In this document: positions 1 to 10,900 of the stretch, piece by piece
Numbering within the stretch: position 1 is the stretch's first letter
How the letters are laid out: every line of letters starts with the position of its first letter
Position numbers and translations under genes: made by a program
Notes under the pieces: generated by a model
Seen by the model: the letters and a program-made list of their open reading frames with translations, nothing else
Told to the model about the DNA's origin: nothing
Databases searched by the model: none
IMG/VR virus record: IMGVR_UViG_3300013126_000037
Span: 1-57,240 of that record
Strand: one strand, 5' to 3'
Source of the DNA: a virus
Lineage: Duplodnaviria > Caudoviricetes
Length of the DNA: 57,240 bases

Positions 1-365
1 GTGCTGTAACAGAAATCGTAACAGGGATAATGACCGATGACCCAACTGTATATGCCAGCGGAACGGCAGGTTATTGGTTGTATCAATCTGGTCTTAACAG
101 TCAGCAGATTGTTGGTGACACTAGCACAATGGTTGGCAGTGCGTATGTTGAATCTATTGGTGATGCGTTACTTAACCGTAATATTGCTGGTGGTTCTAAT
201 GCTGGAAGACTTGTGAAAGAAGCACTGTATGCGTTGCGTAGTAAATCTGAAATCACGGGTTCGACGCTCAATGTGTATAACGCTGACGATTCCGCAATAG
301 CGTGGACTGCTACAGTTTCATCATCGCCATCCGCTAACCCTGTTACAGGAATTGACCCACCGTAA
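1..365 (+). CDS. Virion/tail-associated protein, 5'-truncated
   Basis: Frame of ORF 30..365 is open to the window edge; Ser/Thr/Gly-rich; TAATG stop/start overlap with the next gene; lies upstream of the tail cluster. Confidence 0.55.
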   Translation, partial: AVTEIVTGIMTDDPTVYASGTAGYWLYQSGLNSQQIVGDTSTMVGSAYVESIGDALLNRNIAGGSNAGRLVKEALYALRSKSEITGSTLNVYNADDSAIAWTATVSSSPSANPVTGIDPP

Positions 366-589
366 TGGCTGGTTATCGCTCTTACGCATTTAGGTGGTTC
401 ACAGGCTATGCTGTACCCTCTGATGGTCCAGAGCCACCGGGTCCATCTCCTGAATCATGTGCTTGCCCACCGTGGAAAGTAGATAGCACATTGCAGAATG
501 CGTTTACTCGTCTTGATGAAGGATTATGTGTTGAATACACTAAACCTGCGACGTTAGTAAATGCGTGGGTACGAAAGGGTTGTGGGTAA
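365..589 (+). CDS. Hypothetical 74-aa protein (Pro/Cys-rich)
   Basis: TAATG coupling at both ends (365 and 589). Confidence 0.6.
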   Translation: MAGYRSYAFRWFTGYAVPSDGPEPPGPSPESCACPPWKVDSTLQNAFTRLDEGLCVEYTKPATLVNAWVRKGCG

Positions 590-3500
590 TGCCTGATAAT
601 TCGCGTCAAATAAACACCGGCGTTCAGTCGTACATACTGGGCGATCGGCGTTTTGTAGGCATCGACACTAATCTTCAGCCAAACACATTGGATGTTGGGT
701 TTATGCAAGATGTCAATAATATGTTTGTTGATGGCACTAGCCTTACACCTAGGCCAGGTTGGCAAGCAGAACTTACGACCTCATTATCAGACCCGATATA
801 TGCATTAATTGGATACCGCACGAAAGACAACCAAGACAACAAAGTGTTATTCGTGAGTAATAATGCATTGTATTCACATGTTGTTTCTGACCCTGTGACA
901 AACACTAATACGCATCTAGGGTATGGACCATGGGTTGATGCAAGTCAAGTTAAACTTGTACAGCACGGCAAGTACATTTATGGTGTGCCTGGCGCGGGAA
1001 CAGACACAAATGGTGCAACGCCAGCAAAAACAGGCGGATGCATATTTAGAACAGATGGCACTAATCCTATTGAGTACATTCCGCAACTTGAAGCCGCTAC
1101 TACGGACGGAGAAACTTTCGTAAAAGCCTCAGTTAACTTAAGTGGCGTGCTAGTTAAATCTATTACGGCAAAAACAGATATAGACGAGGCGTATCTAACC
1201 ACGGCTGAAGCAGCGTTTGGTAAAGCAGCTGCTGTAACGGCAGGGTTCCCAACAGTATGGTCAGACAATTTACTAAAAAACTCCACAAGGACGCCAGCAT
1301 TATCACCGAAAATTCCAAGTGGTGACTTCGATGGATATGACGACGCGGCGTCTAGTGGTAATGCATATTTTGCTGCTGACTGGCAATCAAGTGGTGCATC
1401 AGTACACGCAAATATTAAATGGGCACAAGGCAGCATGAATGTCAAACAAGCGCCTAATAGTTCGACTTATACCAGTGCAGTTGGAGGAACAAAGAAATAC
1501 TTAATATTAGACAACACTGGTGAATACGTTGAGCAAATTATTGAAGGACTACCATATGAACAATGGGGGCCGGCTACTAGCACTACACCAATAGGATTGT
1601 ATAACCTTCAATGGTATTCGTTTGCAAACATTGTAAAAACAGAAGGCAGTGTCAAATATATGGTTACTGTCACAGGATTGGACAGCAGTGGCAATACTAT
1701 TACAGGCGCACAGTACAGCAAAGAGTTTAAACAAGCATATTCATTAAACGAAGCCGATTGGCTGTTGAACAATGTTGTAGTTGACTTCAGAGAATTTGCG
1801 AGTCAGTTAATCAAAATCAAATTACGTTTTGAAAGCACTGCGACGTATAAACAACAAGACATCATTATTGACAACATCAGGTTTCACGCAAGTGTTTCTG
1901 CTCTTACTACAGACTCCAGTAATCCCTTAACAAGTACTGGTTTAGTGTCAATAAAGTTTAAACAAGAGAACAATAATCTTGCTTTACGTAATGCAAGTTA
2001 CGTTAAAAATAGAGCAATTCGAGTTATAGGTTCTGCAACTACACCGTATCTAGATTTGACTAAGGTCAATACACTTTCATTTAAATGGGACTTTGAGACT
2101 GGAGCTGTTAGCGACACTGGTCGATACCCGAATGTAGTGTTAGGCATTCAAGCCAATGGCTCAAGCACTGTGTCGTGGGCATCTATTGGTGAATGGGATA
2201 AGACTAACCGATACATATCGTTTAACTTGTATAGGCTTAGCAATAGTGAAAAAGCCAACATTCAATATGTGTATGTCAAATTTTTAGAAGACGTAATGAA
2301 ATCGGATGGCACGTCTTTTACAAACTTAGAACCTGCATTTGGTATTGGAGATTTAGTAAAGACAGGTGAAAGTCTTACGCCAAATATGGCGTACGAATAC
2401 GCAGTAACAAGATGGTATCCAGAGAGCCTTACTGCTAAAGTTGCTCCTGATCAATTGTTGTCAGATGGCTTCACATCTAATGGATACGAGACAAACATAT
2501 CAGACGCATCCAACACGGTGTTTACTACACCCGCCCTCACGTCGGCCAGTGTGATGTTGAATCCAATGGTTGTTAGCGGTACTCAATCGTACGCAGTCGA
2601 CTTGTCCAAAGACAGAAAGAAAATAGTTGCTGTCACGGATGTAACAAACGTCGACCAACATCTAGTAACTGCTGTGCCATCTGAATATCAGATACGACTC
2701 ATCACGGCTAATACATCGTCTACCGTAACTTATATCGCGCTGGATGGCACAACTGTTACATTGACATCAGGAAGTTGGACTGCAATATCTGCGTCAGGGT
2801 ATTACTATTACTCTGTTCCGAAAACAGTATCCGGAAAGATAAGATACGTGACTTCTGTTACGGGTGCAGTGTGGCTTGAGTATTACGTTGCGTACGGCAA
2901 GGTGAATTACTATGCGTCTGTTACAGCAAGCAATACTGCAATCAGTGTGACAGCACCATTTGCTGTCAATGACCCAATTGTTTTTACTACAACACTAGGA
3001 AACCTCATTGGTGGGACAACCTATTACGTATTATCAAATAGTGGCACATCTATTACCGTGTCTCTGTCTGTAGGCGGCGCAGTGGTTACACCATCAGCAA
3101 GTACAGCAGCTGGTGCGTATGCAACTATACAAAGAACCACATTAGCACAGTACAGCCACGTGCTTGTTTACAGACGATGTAACACAATGTTTCCAGATGG
3201 TCGATTTAGACTTGTGGGCGTAGTTCCGTATGACCCAACGACATCAGGGCTACAGACAATAACTGGTACAGGTTGGACTGCGTCATACAATAACACATCT
3301 GCCACTGCACCTGGCGTCATCACGTTTGTTGACACAGTGCCTGACAGTAGTTTGCTGTACATACCAGAACTATATAAACAAGGTCATATTCAAGAAATTG
3401 GACGCGACAACTTACCCATAGGTGCTAGTTCAATTGCAATGTTTCAATCACGTTTATTTGTCAGTAAAGCAAACGTGGTGTACGCAAGTTGGGAACTTGA

Positions 3501-4581
3501 ACAAGGTCAAGAATATGGAATCTATACCACTATAGTTCCAGACATAAATGAACCAGGCGTGCAAAAAAAAGGTGCGTCATTTACTGTCGGCGGATACTAC
3601 GACAAAGAAATAATCAGAGCAATGATTAGTTCTTACGCTGAGGGGATACAGCAAAGTAACTCAACCACAGCCACATTGTATGTATTCAAAGACAATAGCC
3701 TCAGCACAATCATTGGCTTTGACCCTACTACGTTTACAGCACAACTGTGGATATCAACTCCAGGCTCAGGCATTACTGCGCCAAACTCATTAATAAATGC
3801 AGACGGACAAATCATTTGGTTAGGCGTAAATGGCGTCAATCAATACAATCAAGGACAGATTGTCCCACGGTCAACAGAACTAAGAAAGTTGTTGTCGCTC
3901 GACCCTACATTGCGTGGACCTGGAAACATTTCCAAAACGTTCTATCGACAATCGTTTTCTGTGTATGCAAACAGACGTTTGTTTTTAGTTAGTACGTCAA
4001 GCAATGCTGGCGGTGCAAATCAAACAGTATATGTGTTTGATTACAGGACTAATGGTTGGGTCAAATGGTCAACCATAAACAATATGACATACACATCGGG
4101 ATGCGTATTGTCGTTTAGTGACAGCATTCAATACGTCATAATGGGCAGCACAACAGGGCAACTGTACAGGCTAACAGGCACGACGGATAATTTAGACACC
4201 GCAACTACGGCTCCTATATCTTGGTCGATACTTACGAGGCAACATAGCCAAACCTATTCTGAAGGTATCGCATACCATGCTATCAACCGTGCATATCAAT
4301 TGGATTTGCACATGCAGAATAACGATGCCACAACTGCCACGGTTACTGGAGCAATGAGAGTTACATGGCGAGTCGAAACACAACAAGGTGTGTACCTGAA
4401 CAACGGAACAACCACTTATGATTTTGCTACAGGAACAAACAGGTCTATTGCTATACGTAATTTAAATAGAGCAATCAAAGCCACCGCATTACAGATACGA
4501 CTGTCGGGTACTACGTCTGGTACGTTCTATATACATGCAGCTCACATACATTGTTACGACACGGCTATACAGAGGTCATAA
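589..4581 (+). CDS. Tail nozzle/packaged-DNA stabilization protein (P22 gp10 / T7 gp12-like) with inserted beta-rich domains
   Basis: Start moved to ATG 589 (TAATG overlap). N-terminal 'F.GID..L.PN......Q...N....G.L..RPG' and C-terminal 'VYVFDYRTNGW..W' / 'LQIRLSG' patterns resemble podovirus nozzle proteins; sits just before the ejection-type genes. Confidence 0.65.
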   Translation: MPDNSRQINTGVQSYILGDRRFVGIDTNLQPNTLDVGFMQDVNNMFVDGTSLTPRPGWQAELTTSLSDPIYALIGYRTKDNQDNKVLFVSNNALYSHVVSDPVTNTNTHLGYGPWVDASQVKLVQHGKYIYGVPGAGTDTNGATPAKTGGCIFRTDGTNPIEYIPQLEAATTDGETFVKASVNLSGVLVKSITAKTDIDEAYLTTAEAAFGKAAAVTAGFPTVWSDNLLKNSTRTPALSPKIPSGDFDGYDDAASSGNAYFAADWQSSGASVHANIKWAQGSMNVKQAPNSSTYTSAVGGTKKYLILDNTGEYVEQIIEGLPYEQWGPATSTTPIGLYNLQWYSFANIVKTEGSVKYMVTVTGLDSSGNTITGAQYSKEFKQAYSLNEADWLLNNVVVDFREFASQLIKIKLRFESTATYKQQDIIIDNIRFHASVSALTTDSSNPLTSTGLVSIKFKQENNNLALRNASYVKNRAIRVIGSATTPYLDLTKVNTLSFKWDFETGAVSDTGRYPNVVLGIQANGSSTVSWASIGEWDKTNRYISFNLYRLSNSEKANIQYVYVKFLEDVMKSDGTSFTNLEPAFGIGDLVKTGESLTPNMAYEYAVTRWYPESLTAKVAPDQLLSDGFTSNGYETNISDASNTVFTTPALTSASVMLNPMVVSGTQSYAVDLSKDRKKIVAVTDVTNVDQHLVTAVPSEYQIRLITANTSSTVTYIALDGTTVTLTSGSWTAISASGYYYYSVPKTVSGKIRYVTSVTGAVWLEYYVAYGKVNYYASVTASNTAISVTAPFAVNDPIVFTTTLGNLIGGTTYYVLSNSGTSITVSLSVGGAVVTPSASTAAGAYATIQRTTLAQYSHVLVYRRCNTMFPDGRFRLVGVVPYDPTTSGLQTITGTGWTASYNNTSATAPGVITFVDTVPDSSLLYIPELYKQGHIQEIGRDNLPIGASSIAMFQSRLFVSKANVVYASWELEQGQEYGIYTTIVPDINEPGVQKKGASFTVGGYYDKEIIRAMISSYAEGIQQSNSTTATLYVFKDNSLSTIIGFDPTTFTAQLWISTPGSGITAPNSLINADGQIIWLGVNGVNQYNQGQIVPRSTELRKLLSLDPTLRGPGNISKTFYRQSFSVYANRRLFLVSTSSNAGGANQTVYVFDYRTNGWVKWSTINNMTYTSGCVLSFSDSIQYVIMGSTTGQLYRLTGTTDNLDTATTAPISWSILTRQHSQTYSEGIAYHAINRAYQLDLHMQNNDATTATVTGAMRVTWRVETQQGVYLNNGTTTYDFATGTNRSIAIRNLNRAIKATALQIRLSGTTSGTFYIHAAHIHCYDTAIQRS

Positions 4582-5000
4582 TGGGAATATATACAGCATC
4601 TGATCCAGGTCAAGGCGCGGTTGCAAGCAATGGTCAATCCATTGGGCAGAGCGAAACAATAGAAGATGACGTCATAGTTGTTTCGGATACATGGGATCCG
4701 TACAATACAAACTTTGTACCTTCAAACGAGATAGCAACATCTTCAACGTTAGATTTTGCACCAATGGTTGTGCTAGTTGATGCTAGTGGCGGAGCAGTAA
4801 CAATCACGTTACCTGAGCCTGACCACTTTGAGGGAAAAACTGTTACAATCCAGAAGATGGATACAACTGGCAATGCAGTCAACATCGCCACAGCATCAGG
4901 AGTTATATACGGTGGCTCAACCGCCATAACAACGCAGTACACGGCACGTGACTATACAGCCGTAAATAACACAACGTATCTTGGATGGGTAGGGAGATAA
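4581..5000 (+). CDS. Small tail-associated virion protein
   Basis: Start at TAATG overlap 4581; 'VLVDASGGAVTITLP...GKTVTIQK.D...NAVNI' resembles a domain common in phage tail/fibre proteins. Confidence 0.55.
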   Translation: MGIYTASDPGQGAVASNGQSIGQSETIEDDVIVVSDTWDPYNTNFVPSNEIATSSTLDFAPMVVLVDASGGAVTITLPEPDHFEGKTVTIQKMDTTGNAVNIATASGVIYGGSTAITTQYTARDYTAVNNTTYLGWVGR

Positions 5001-5004
5001 TAAA

Positions 5005-5835
5005 ATGCCACCGTGGATGTTAGCGCAAATGGGTATAAATCAAGCTGTTAAACCCGCTTTTGAGCAGCTGCGTAGTGATGCAATAATGGGCGAATTGGTA
5101 AATGATGAGACTGATTGGCCTGAAAGTAAAAGGTATGGCGGTGCTTTAGGTGGATGGAATAAACAATGGGATAAAGCAAATTATGCTGGCAAACTTGGCA
5201 TGGGATTGGGTGTAGCTGGTGCTGCTGCTGGTCTCATGTCAATGTTTGGTCGCCGTCAAGGTCCATCTCGTTACGAAATCGAACAAGAAGCATTAGCACG
5301 CAGTGGCATGGGCGCCGCTAACGCATACGCTGGTCTACTTGGCAATATGGGACAAGGTCTTCAGACTCAAGGGCTTCGCAATATGAATATGTATCGAGAT
5401 CGATATATGGACGAAGCAATGAACCCGGTAAACATGCAGACAGACATGGCGGCATTAGCGGCGCAAGACTCAGCCAGGCAACGTGGTATTTCTTCACGAT
5501 TTGGCATGATGGGTGGCAATCTTGGTGCAGCACGCGCAATGGGAGCCGCATACAATCCTGCGTTTGCAAGTGGAGTAGCAGGTCTTATTGGCGGGCAAAG
5601 ACAGCGACGTATGGGTGCGTTTGGTCAAGGCGCTCAATGGGGACAAAGCGACTTTGGTCAAGGCATGGGTATGTTAAATAATTCGTATAACGTTGCTGCT
5701 GGTGGCAGACAACAATTTGGTTCTGTGCTTGGACGACTTCAGCAAGCTGCTGATGCTAGACGAGCTGCTTCAGACCAGGCAATGATGGGTGCTGTTAAAG
5801 GCATTGGCTCTTTGGCTGGTGGAGGATTTGGCTAA
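5005..5835 (+). CDS. Internal virion / DNA ejection protein (Gly/Ala/Met-rich, P22 gp7-like position)
   Basis: Low-complexity G/A/Q/M composition, hydrophobic GxxxG stretch, first of three genes of increasing size after the nozzle. Confidence 0.6.
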   Translation: MPPWMLAQMGINQAVKPAFEQLRSDAIMGELVNDETDWPESKRYGGALGGWNKQWDKANYAGKLGMGLGVAGAAAGLMSMFGRRQGPSRYEIEQEALARSGMGAANAYAGLLGNMGQGLQTQGLRNMNMYRDRYMDEAMNPVNMQTDMAALAAQDSARQRGISSRFGMMGGNLGAARAMGAAYNPAFASGVAGLIGGQRQRRMGAFGQGAQWGQSDFGQGMGMLNNSYNVAAGGRQQFGSVLGRLQQAADARRAASDQAMMGAVKGIGSLAGGGFG

Positions 5836-7988
5836 TGGAAGGACTGGGATTACTGGCTGGCCTATTAGGCGGTTACGCTCAAGGTCGTCAACTGCGTCAA
5901 AATCGTGACATCAGAAAAGCACAAATTGAGCGGCAAACAGAGCAGGATAGGTATACTCGTGCCCATCAATTGAAGATGGAAGATATTGCTCAAAAACGAT
6001 TGCAACTAGCGCAGAATCCCGAACGAAATGTCGATACTGGCCCATCCTTAATATTTGACCGCCAGATTGACCCTATACGAGAGTATTGGAAGGCTTGGAA
6101 CAATAACATTAATAAAGAGACCACGATGGCTGGTCGAAGACGAGTCATTGATGAGGGTGTAGCAAAACTTCCATACCACAGGGAACTAATTAAAAGTGCC
6201 ATGGGGAGATACGGCACACAACTGGGATACACAAGCGACACCGATCCGGACCTTTTATTAGGAGGCATGCATGGCATGTCTGGTGTCGTATACGATCAAA
6301 AAACAGGAGCGTACGTTTCACCTAAAGATATTTATAAAAGTTTTGCACCTGCGGTGTCTGCTGCAGATAAAGCCAAAGTTCGAGATGAAATAACTAGAAT
6401 TACAAATTCTGGTACGTTACCAATAGCGGTACAACGTGCCCAAATGCAAGCACTACGAGATAGTCTGGCTGAGTTGTACGGAGAGGATAACGCAAAAGCA
6501 GAGATTCCGTATTTACCTGGAGACGAAGTAACTACGGGTTACAAACAACTAACTGTTGACGGAAAACCAGAAGCTTATGGTGCGCGTCCTCAACCTGTCT
6601 TCAGTGACACCACAAACCCGCTTTTAGGGACTAAAGTTGAAGGTGGAGTTGCGCGTAAAGCAGTTCCGCAACAGAGCATTCAACGCATGTTTGGCACAGA
6701 TGCTCCCGGCATGTTTGCCACACAGGAAGCTAAAGATGCTTATCAAGATGCTAGGTATAACGCGCCAGAAACCCTTGGCACGCTAACACCGGGTGCTTTT
6801 GATGTAACCAAGGGTCAACTTAATATTGCACCAACGTTTCAGCCATCGAAAATTAAAACACCCGCAAATTTCGCAGACCCAGACAAGGAATTTCGCCGTA
6901 ACTTTGCAATGCGTGTAATGACGGATCAACCGACAACTGAAGAAGAAGCAGGATTAGCTGAATTTATTAAATCGCAACGTGCATATAATCCAAACTTTAA
7001 TCCGTTTACAAATGCAGATGATTTGCGATTCACATTAACATTAGCTCCGCCAGATATTGCACCAACGTTACATAGGTCGGCAGCAAAAATGGCAGAAGCA
7101 AATGACTCATCGATGGAGTTTGTGCCACAAACGTCCAAGACAGTGCCAGTTACAGCGCCGTACACCATTGCACCAAAAGCATCAACTTTAAGTGCACTAG
7201 CGTCGATTGACTACACTAAAGCGAAAACACGCACAGAAGAACTTATGCGTCAACCTAACTTCAGGTTAGCAGTAGCAAGAGAAAAACAAATCAATGAAAA
7301 TATTGCTAATGATAGATGGCGACAAAAGTTTGACACAATAAAGTTTGACGATGAAAGCAAACGTGGATGGGCATCACTTGGTTTGTCAAGAGAAAGGTTA
7401 AATTTTGATAAAGCCAAAGAAGGTTTTGACCAATATATAAGAAAGCACAAGTTAACTCAAGAAGATGTGACATTTGTCCAGTCACTTACACAACACAAAG
7501 ACCTTGAAGTTAAAACATTAACATCTCAACTCAATAATATAAACACGCAGATTAATGCACTTAGTGCATCACAATGGTTAAATCACACGTCATTACAACG
7601 TGTTGATGATGCAGTTATGGCGAAAATTCAAGCAGGTAAAGAGCCTAGTCCTGACGAATGGGCCAATTTAGACCAAGAACAGAAAATGGCTGTAAACGAA
7701 CAACTGCGAATGATGCGCCTGTCCAAAAAAGCAGCTGCGTTGCAACAGCAATTGACTAGTGCAAATGATGACAAACAGACAGCAATAGATTGGGAAGCTA
7801 GTGTACGCAAACAATATTCCAGGCAAGCAGACCAAGAGAAAGCCATAATAGCAGCGTGGAAGAAAGTTGACCCACAAATGGATTCTACTTTATTGGCGGC
7901 TAAAGCTGAGCAAGGCATTTATCCGCCAGACAAAAAAGCAACTAAACAAAGTAAGCCTGTAAATAAAATTAATTGGGAATCTAAATAA
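5835..7988 (+). CDS. Internal virion / DNA ejection protein (P22 gp20-like position)
   Basis: N-terminus 'MEGLGLLAGLLGGYAQG' followed by a charged coiled coil; TAATG coupling; gene order. Confidence 0.6.
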   Translation: MEGLGLLAGLLGGYAQGRQLRQNRDIRKAQIERQTEQDRYTRAHQLKMEDIAQKRLQLAQNPERNVDTGPSLIFDRQIDPIREYWKAWNNNINKETTMAGRRRVIDEGVAKLPYHRELIKSAMGRYGTQLGYTSDTDPDLLLGGMHGMSGVVYDQKTGAYVSPKDIYKSFAPAVSAADKAKVRDEITRITNSGTLPIAVQRAQMQALRDSLAELYGEDNAKAEIPYLPGDEVTTGYKQLTVDGKPEAYGARPQPVFSDTTNPLLGTKVEGGVARKAVPQQSIQRMFGTDAPGMFATQEAKDAYQDARYNAPETLGTLTPGAFDVTKGQLNIAPTFQPSKIKTPANFADPDKEFRRNFAMRVMTDQPTTEEEAGLAEFIKSQRAYNPNFNPFTNADDLRFTLTLAPPDIAPTLHRSAAKMAEANDSSMEFVPQTSKTVPVTAPYTIAPKASTLSALASIDYTKAKTRTEELMRQPNFRLAVAREKQINENIANDRWRQKFDTIKFDDESKRGWASLGLSRERLNFDKAKEGFDQYIRKHKLTQEDVTFVQSLTQHKDLEVKTLTSQLNNINTQINALSASQWLNHTSLQRVDDAVMAKIQAGKEPSPDEWANLDQEQKMAVNEQLRMMRLSKKAAALQQQLTSANDDKQTAIDWEASVRKQYSRQADQEKAIIAAWKKVDPQMDSTLLAAKAEQGIYPPDKKATKQSKPVNKINWESK

Positions 7989-10900
7989 ATGGAAAATCAG
8001 CGACTCAAACAAATTGTCAAAGATCTAGGATTGACGCCAGATGCTAAAGCATCTCGTAAAAAAATAGAGTCTATTGCCACTGATCAATTTGTAATGAGTA
8101 ACGAGTTTAGAGCGCTGTTAGGCGGCGCTAAAGACTCACCTGCTGAATTTACTGCTCTTACTGGTTTAACAGCAAAAGACACAACAGCACTTCAAAACCT
8201 ACGCAATAGTGTAAGTACACGTGTGCGAAAGACTAGTCCACAGAAATTGGGATATGGCGGCGTATTAATGCCGTCGGTTGAAGAGGCACAGGCTTCTAGA
8301 CAACAGGCAAAACGATATGGGGCAGCAGGGATTGCCGCTGAACAAAAGATTAAGAGCCGAGGGTTATTTGAGCAGATTCCGGCATACGTACAAGGTTTTG
8401 CTGGAGGAGCAGCCGCAGACATGGCGGCTTCAAAACTTAAAGCACGTGGATATGACCCAGCGTTAGCATACATACAGGCCGGCAGCGAAACGGATTATGC
8501 TAAGCAGTTGGGTGCTGAAACTGGATTTACTGCATCCAAGACATTCCCGTCTACAGCAGCATCCGTTCCAACCATGGGAGTTGGTGGCGCTGTTGGAGAC
8601 GTTGTAACTGGGGCTTTAACGTCAGGTATTACGTCAGTGTCGCCAGCCTGGATGAGGGCAATTGCTGGAGGTGTACGATTTGGAGGACATCTTTACGGAG
8701 CAATACAAGGCGGGCATATTGGTTCTACATTAGCTGAAAAAGCTCAAGAGGCATTGACCAGCGGGAATCTTACACCAGAAGAACGTGGAATCGGACAAAG
8801 TATGTTCGGCGAGCAGACGCCTGGTGGAAAACTTGGTAGTACTGCCGCAACATTGTCACTGTTTAAACCGACTATCAAGTTGGCTGGTGCACCACTGCGT
8901 AAGCTACTGCCCGCAGTATTTCAGGATTATGGAAGTGTTGCACGTAACCCATACATGATGGCGTCGGTAAAAGACCTTGGTACGCGCGGTTATTTTGTGG
9001 CGCAAGCTGGTCAAAGCGTTGATCAAGGTAATGAGGCAGCAATACAACAAGCAACAAAAACGTTGGGTTATAAACCTACGGACGTTGAACAGCTAAGGCC
9101 ATTTGGATATAAAACGCAGGTTGAAAAACTAGCCGAGATGGGAATGATGGCACTACTTGGTGGCACAACTCGACTTGGCTCAGCATTAGGTAGCCTGGGG
9201 CACATTGATACTACACCTAGACCAAAGTTTAATGTAAACGATATTGCTCAGCAGGTTCAGGATGTACGTAATAAACGGACTGCGGAAGGCAACCAAGAAC
9301 CTGTAACGCCAGCGTCAGGCGTTGCTACTGCTGGCAGTTTCCCACGATTTGAAACAGTTGAAGGCGGAGTGCCAATTACAGTTGAGGAACGCAGTGGTAC
9401 TGATGTTGGTGTATCTCCAACACGCAAAGAGAACTTTGAGGTCATTCAAAAGTTCAACGCAACATTCGGCAGAAACGCCAATAAAGACGTTGCATTTACG
9501 CCAACGTCTGAAGGTGCGCAAAAACTTATCAGCATGAATGCTGATAACGATTACAACGTATTGCACCGCAATGCTGATGGAACCACTGAAATCAGGTCAT
9601 ACGGATGGACTGAACTACCGCAAGAATTAAAAGAACAAGCGAGTAGATTTTTTGGCACTACTACATTTATTGACAGGACAACTCCTGCACAAGAACCATT
9701 TAAATACGACCCAGCCACAACATCCGAGGAGGCACCAGGCAGAGACCGACGCACGTACAACACTGAAAACGATTTACGTGGCGTACCAGTTAAAGATCGA
9801 GCAGGTAATTGGAAGCCAGATATCTACAAGTTACGTAAAGACGGAGTTGACATTCCAGTTCGTGCCGTGTCCGATGTGGACACACGCAATGACAGTGTTG
9901 GCGTTAAGACATTTAGTGGCAATTACTACAGAGTTCCAATTAGTTCACTGCGAGATAGTGCTAACAAACCTATTACCAGGGTAAAGATTTCGGCGTGGCC
10001 AGAACAGGCGTATCGTAAGTCGTACCGTCCAAACGATGTTGTAGGTGACGCAGTGCGGTTTGCTGAGTCTGACTGGAGGATTAGTCCTGACGACCGAGAA
10101 AAAGTTACAGCAGGTGATGAAGAAAGTTGGAAAGACAGTTATGACGTTGATGCCTTAGAGGCAGAGTATTCTGGCGCGGCAGAACGCATTGAAGAACTAC
10201 AACAGATAGAGCGCGGGACAGTATTTGCAGACCGTTACAGCGGTGACAGAGTAGTGCTACTCAAACATGTTGACCAGACTGTAGAAGGTCGACGCATGGT
10301 TGGTATGCTTGTGTACGATGTAGATAGTCGCGTATACGAGCCATACGTAATGAGTTATGCCGATGCTACAGATGTATCGGAAGCAGTCAAAATTAAAGAA
10401 TCTCTGAAAAAGACTACGGAAGTAGAAGACGGCAAAGTCGATAACACAGATGAAGGTGAAGATACCGGACCTGAAGATGGTGAAGGCCCCGGAGATGGCA
10501 CCGATGAAGGTGAAGGTGAAGGTCCTGAAGATGAAGCAGGAGAAGGTGAAGGCCCTGGGGATGGAAAAGTTGAAGGTGAAGATGCAGAATCTGAAGACGA
10601 TGCAGGAGAAGGTCCAGGCTCAGGTGCCGATGACATTGAGCCTCCAAGGATAGCTTCGCGCGGAGATAGTGCAGTTGATTTTGTCAAGTCGCAAATTGTT
10701 AGATATTTAAAACAGAAAACAAACGCCACAAGGCCAACAGTCACACAAGAAGAGCTTGAATCCCAAGACTTTATCCCACAAACACTTACGCAATTAAAAC
10801 GTTTTAAGGATACTGGCGTTAGACAAGGCGTTAATCGTGAAATAGTCGACCAAGCGTATAGTGAACTAGAAGAAGACGGCATTATTGTTGCTCCTAGTCC

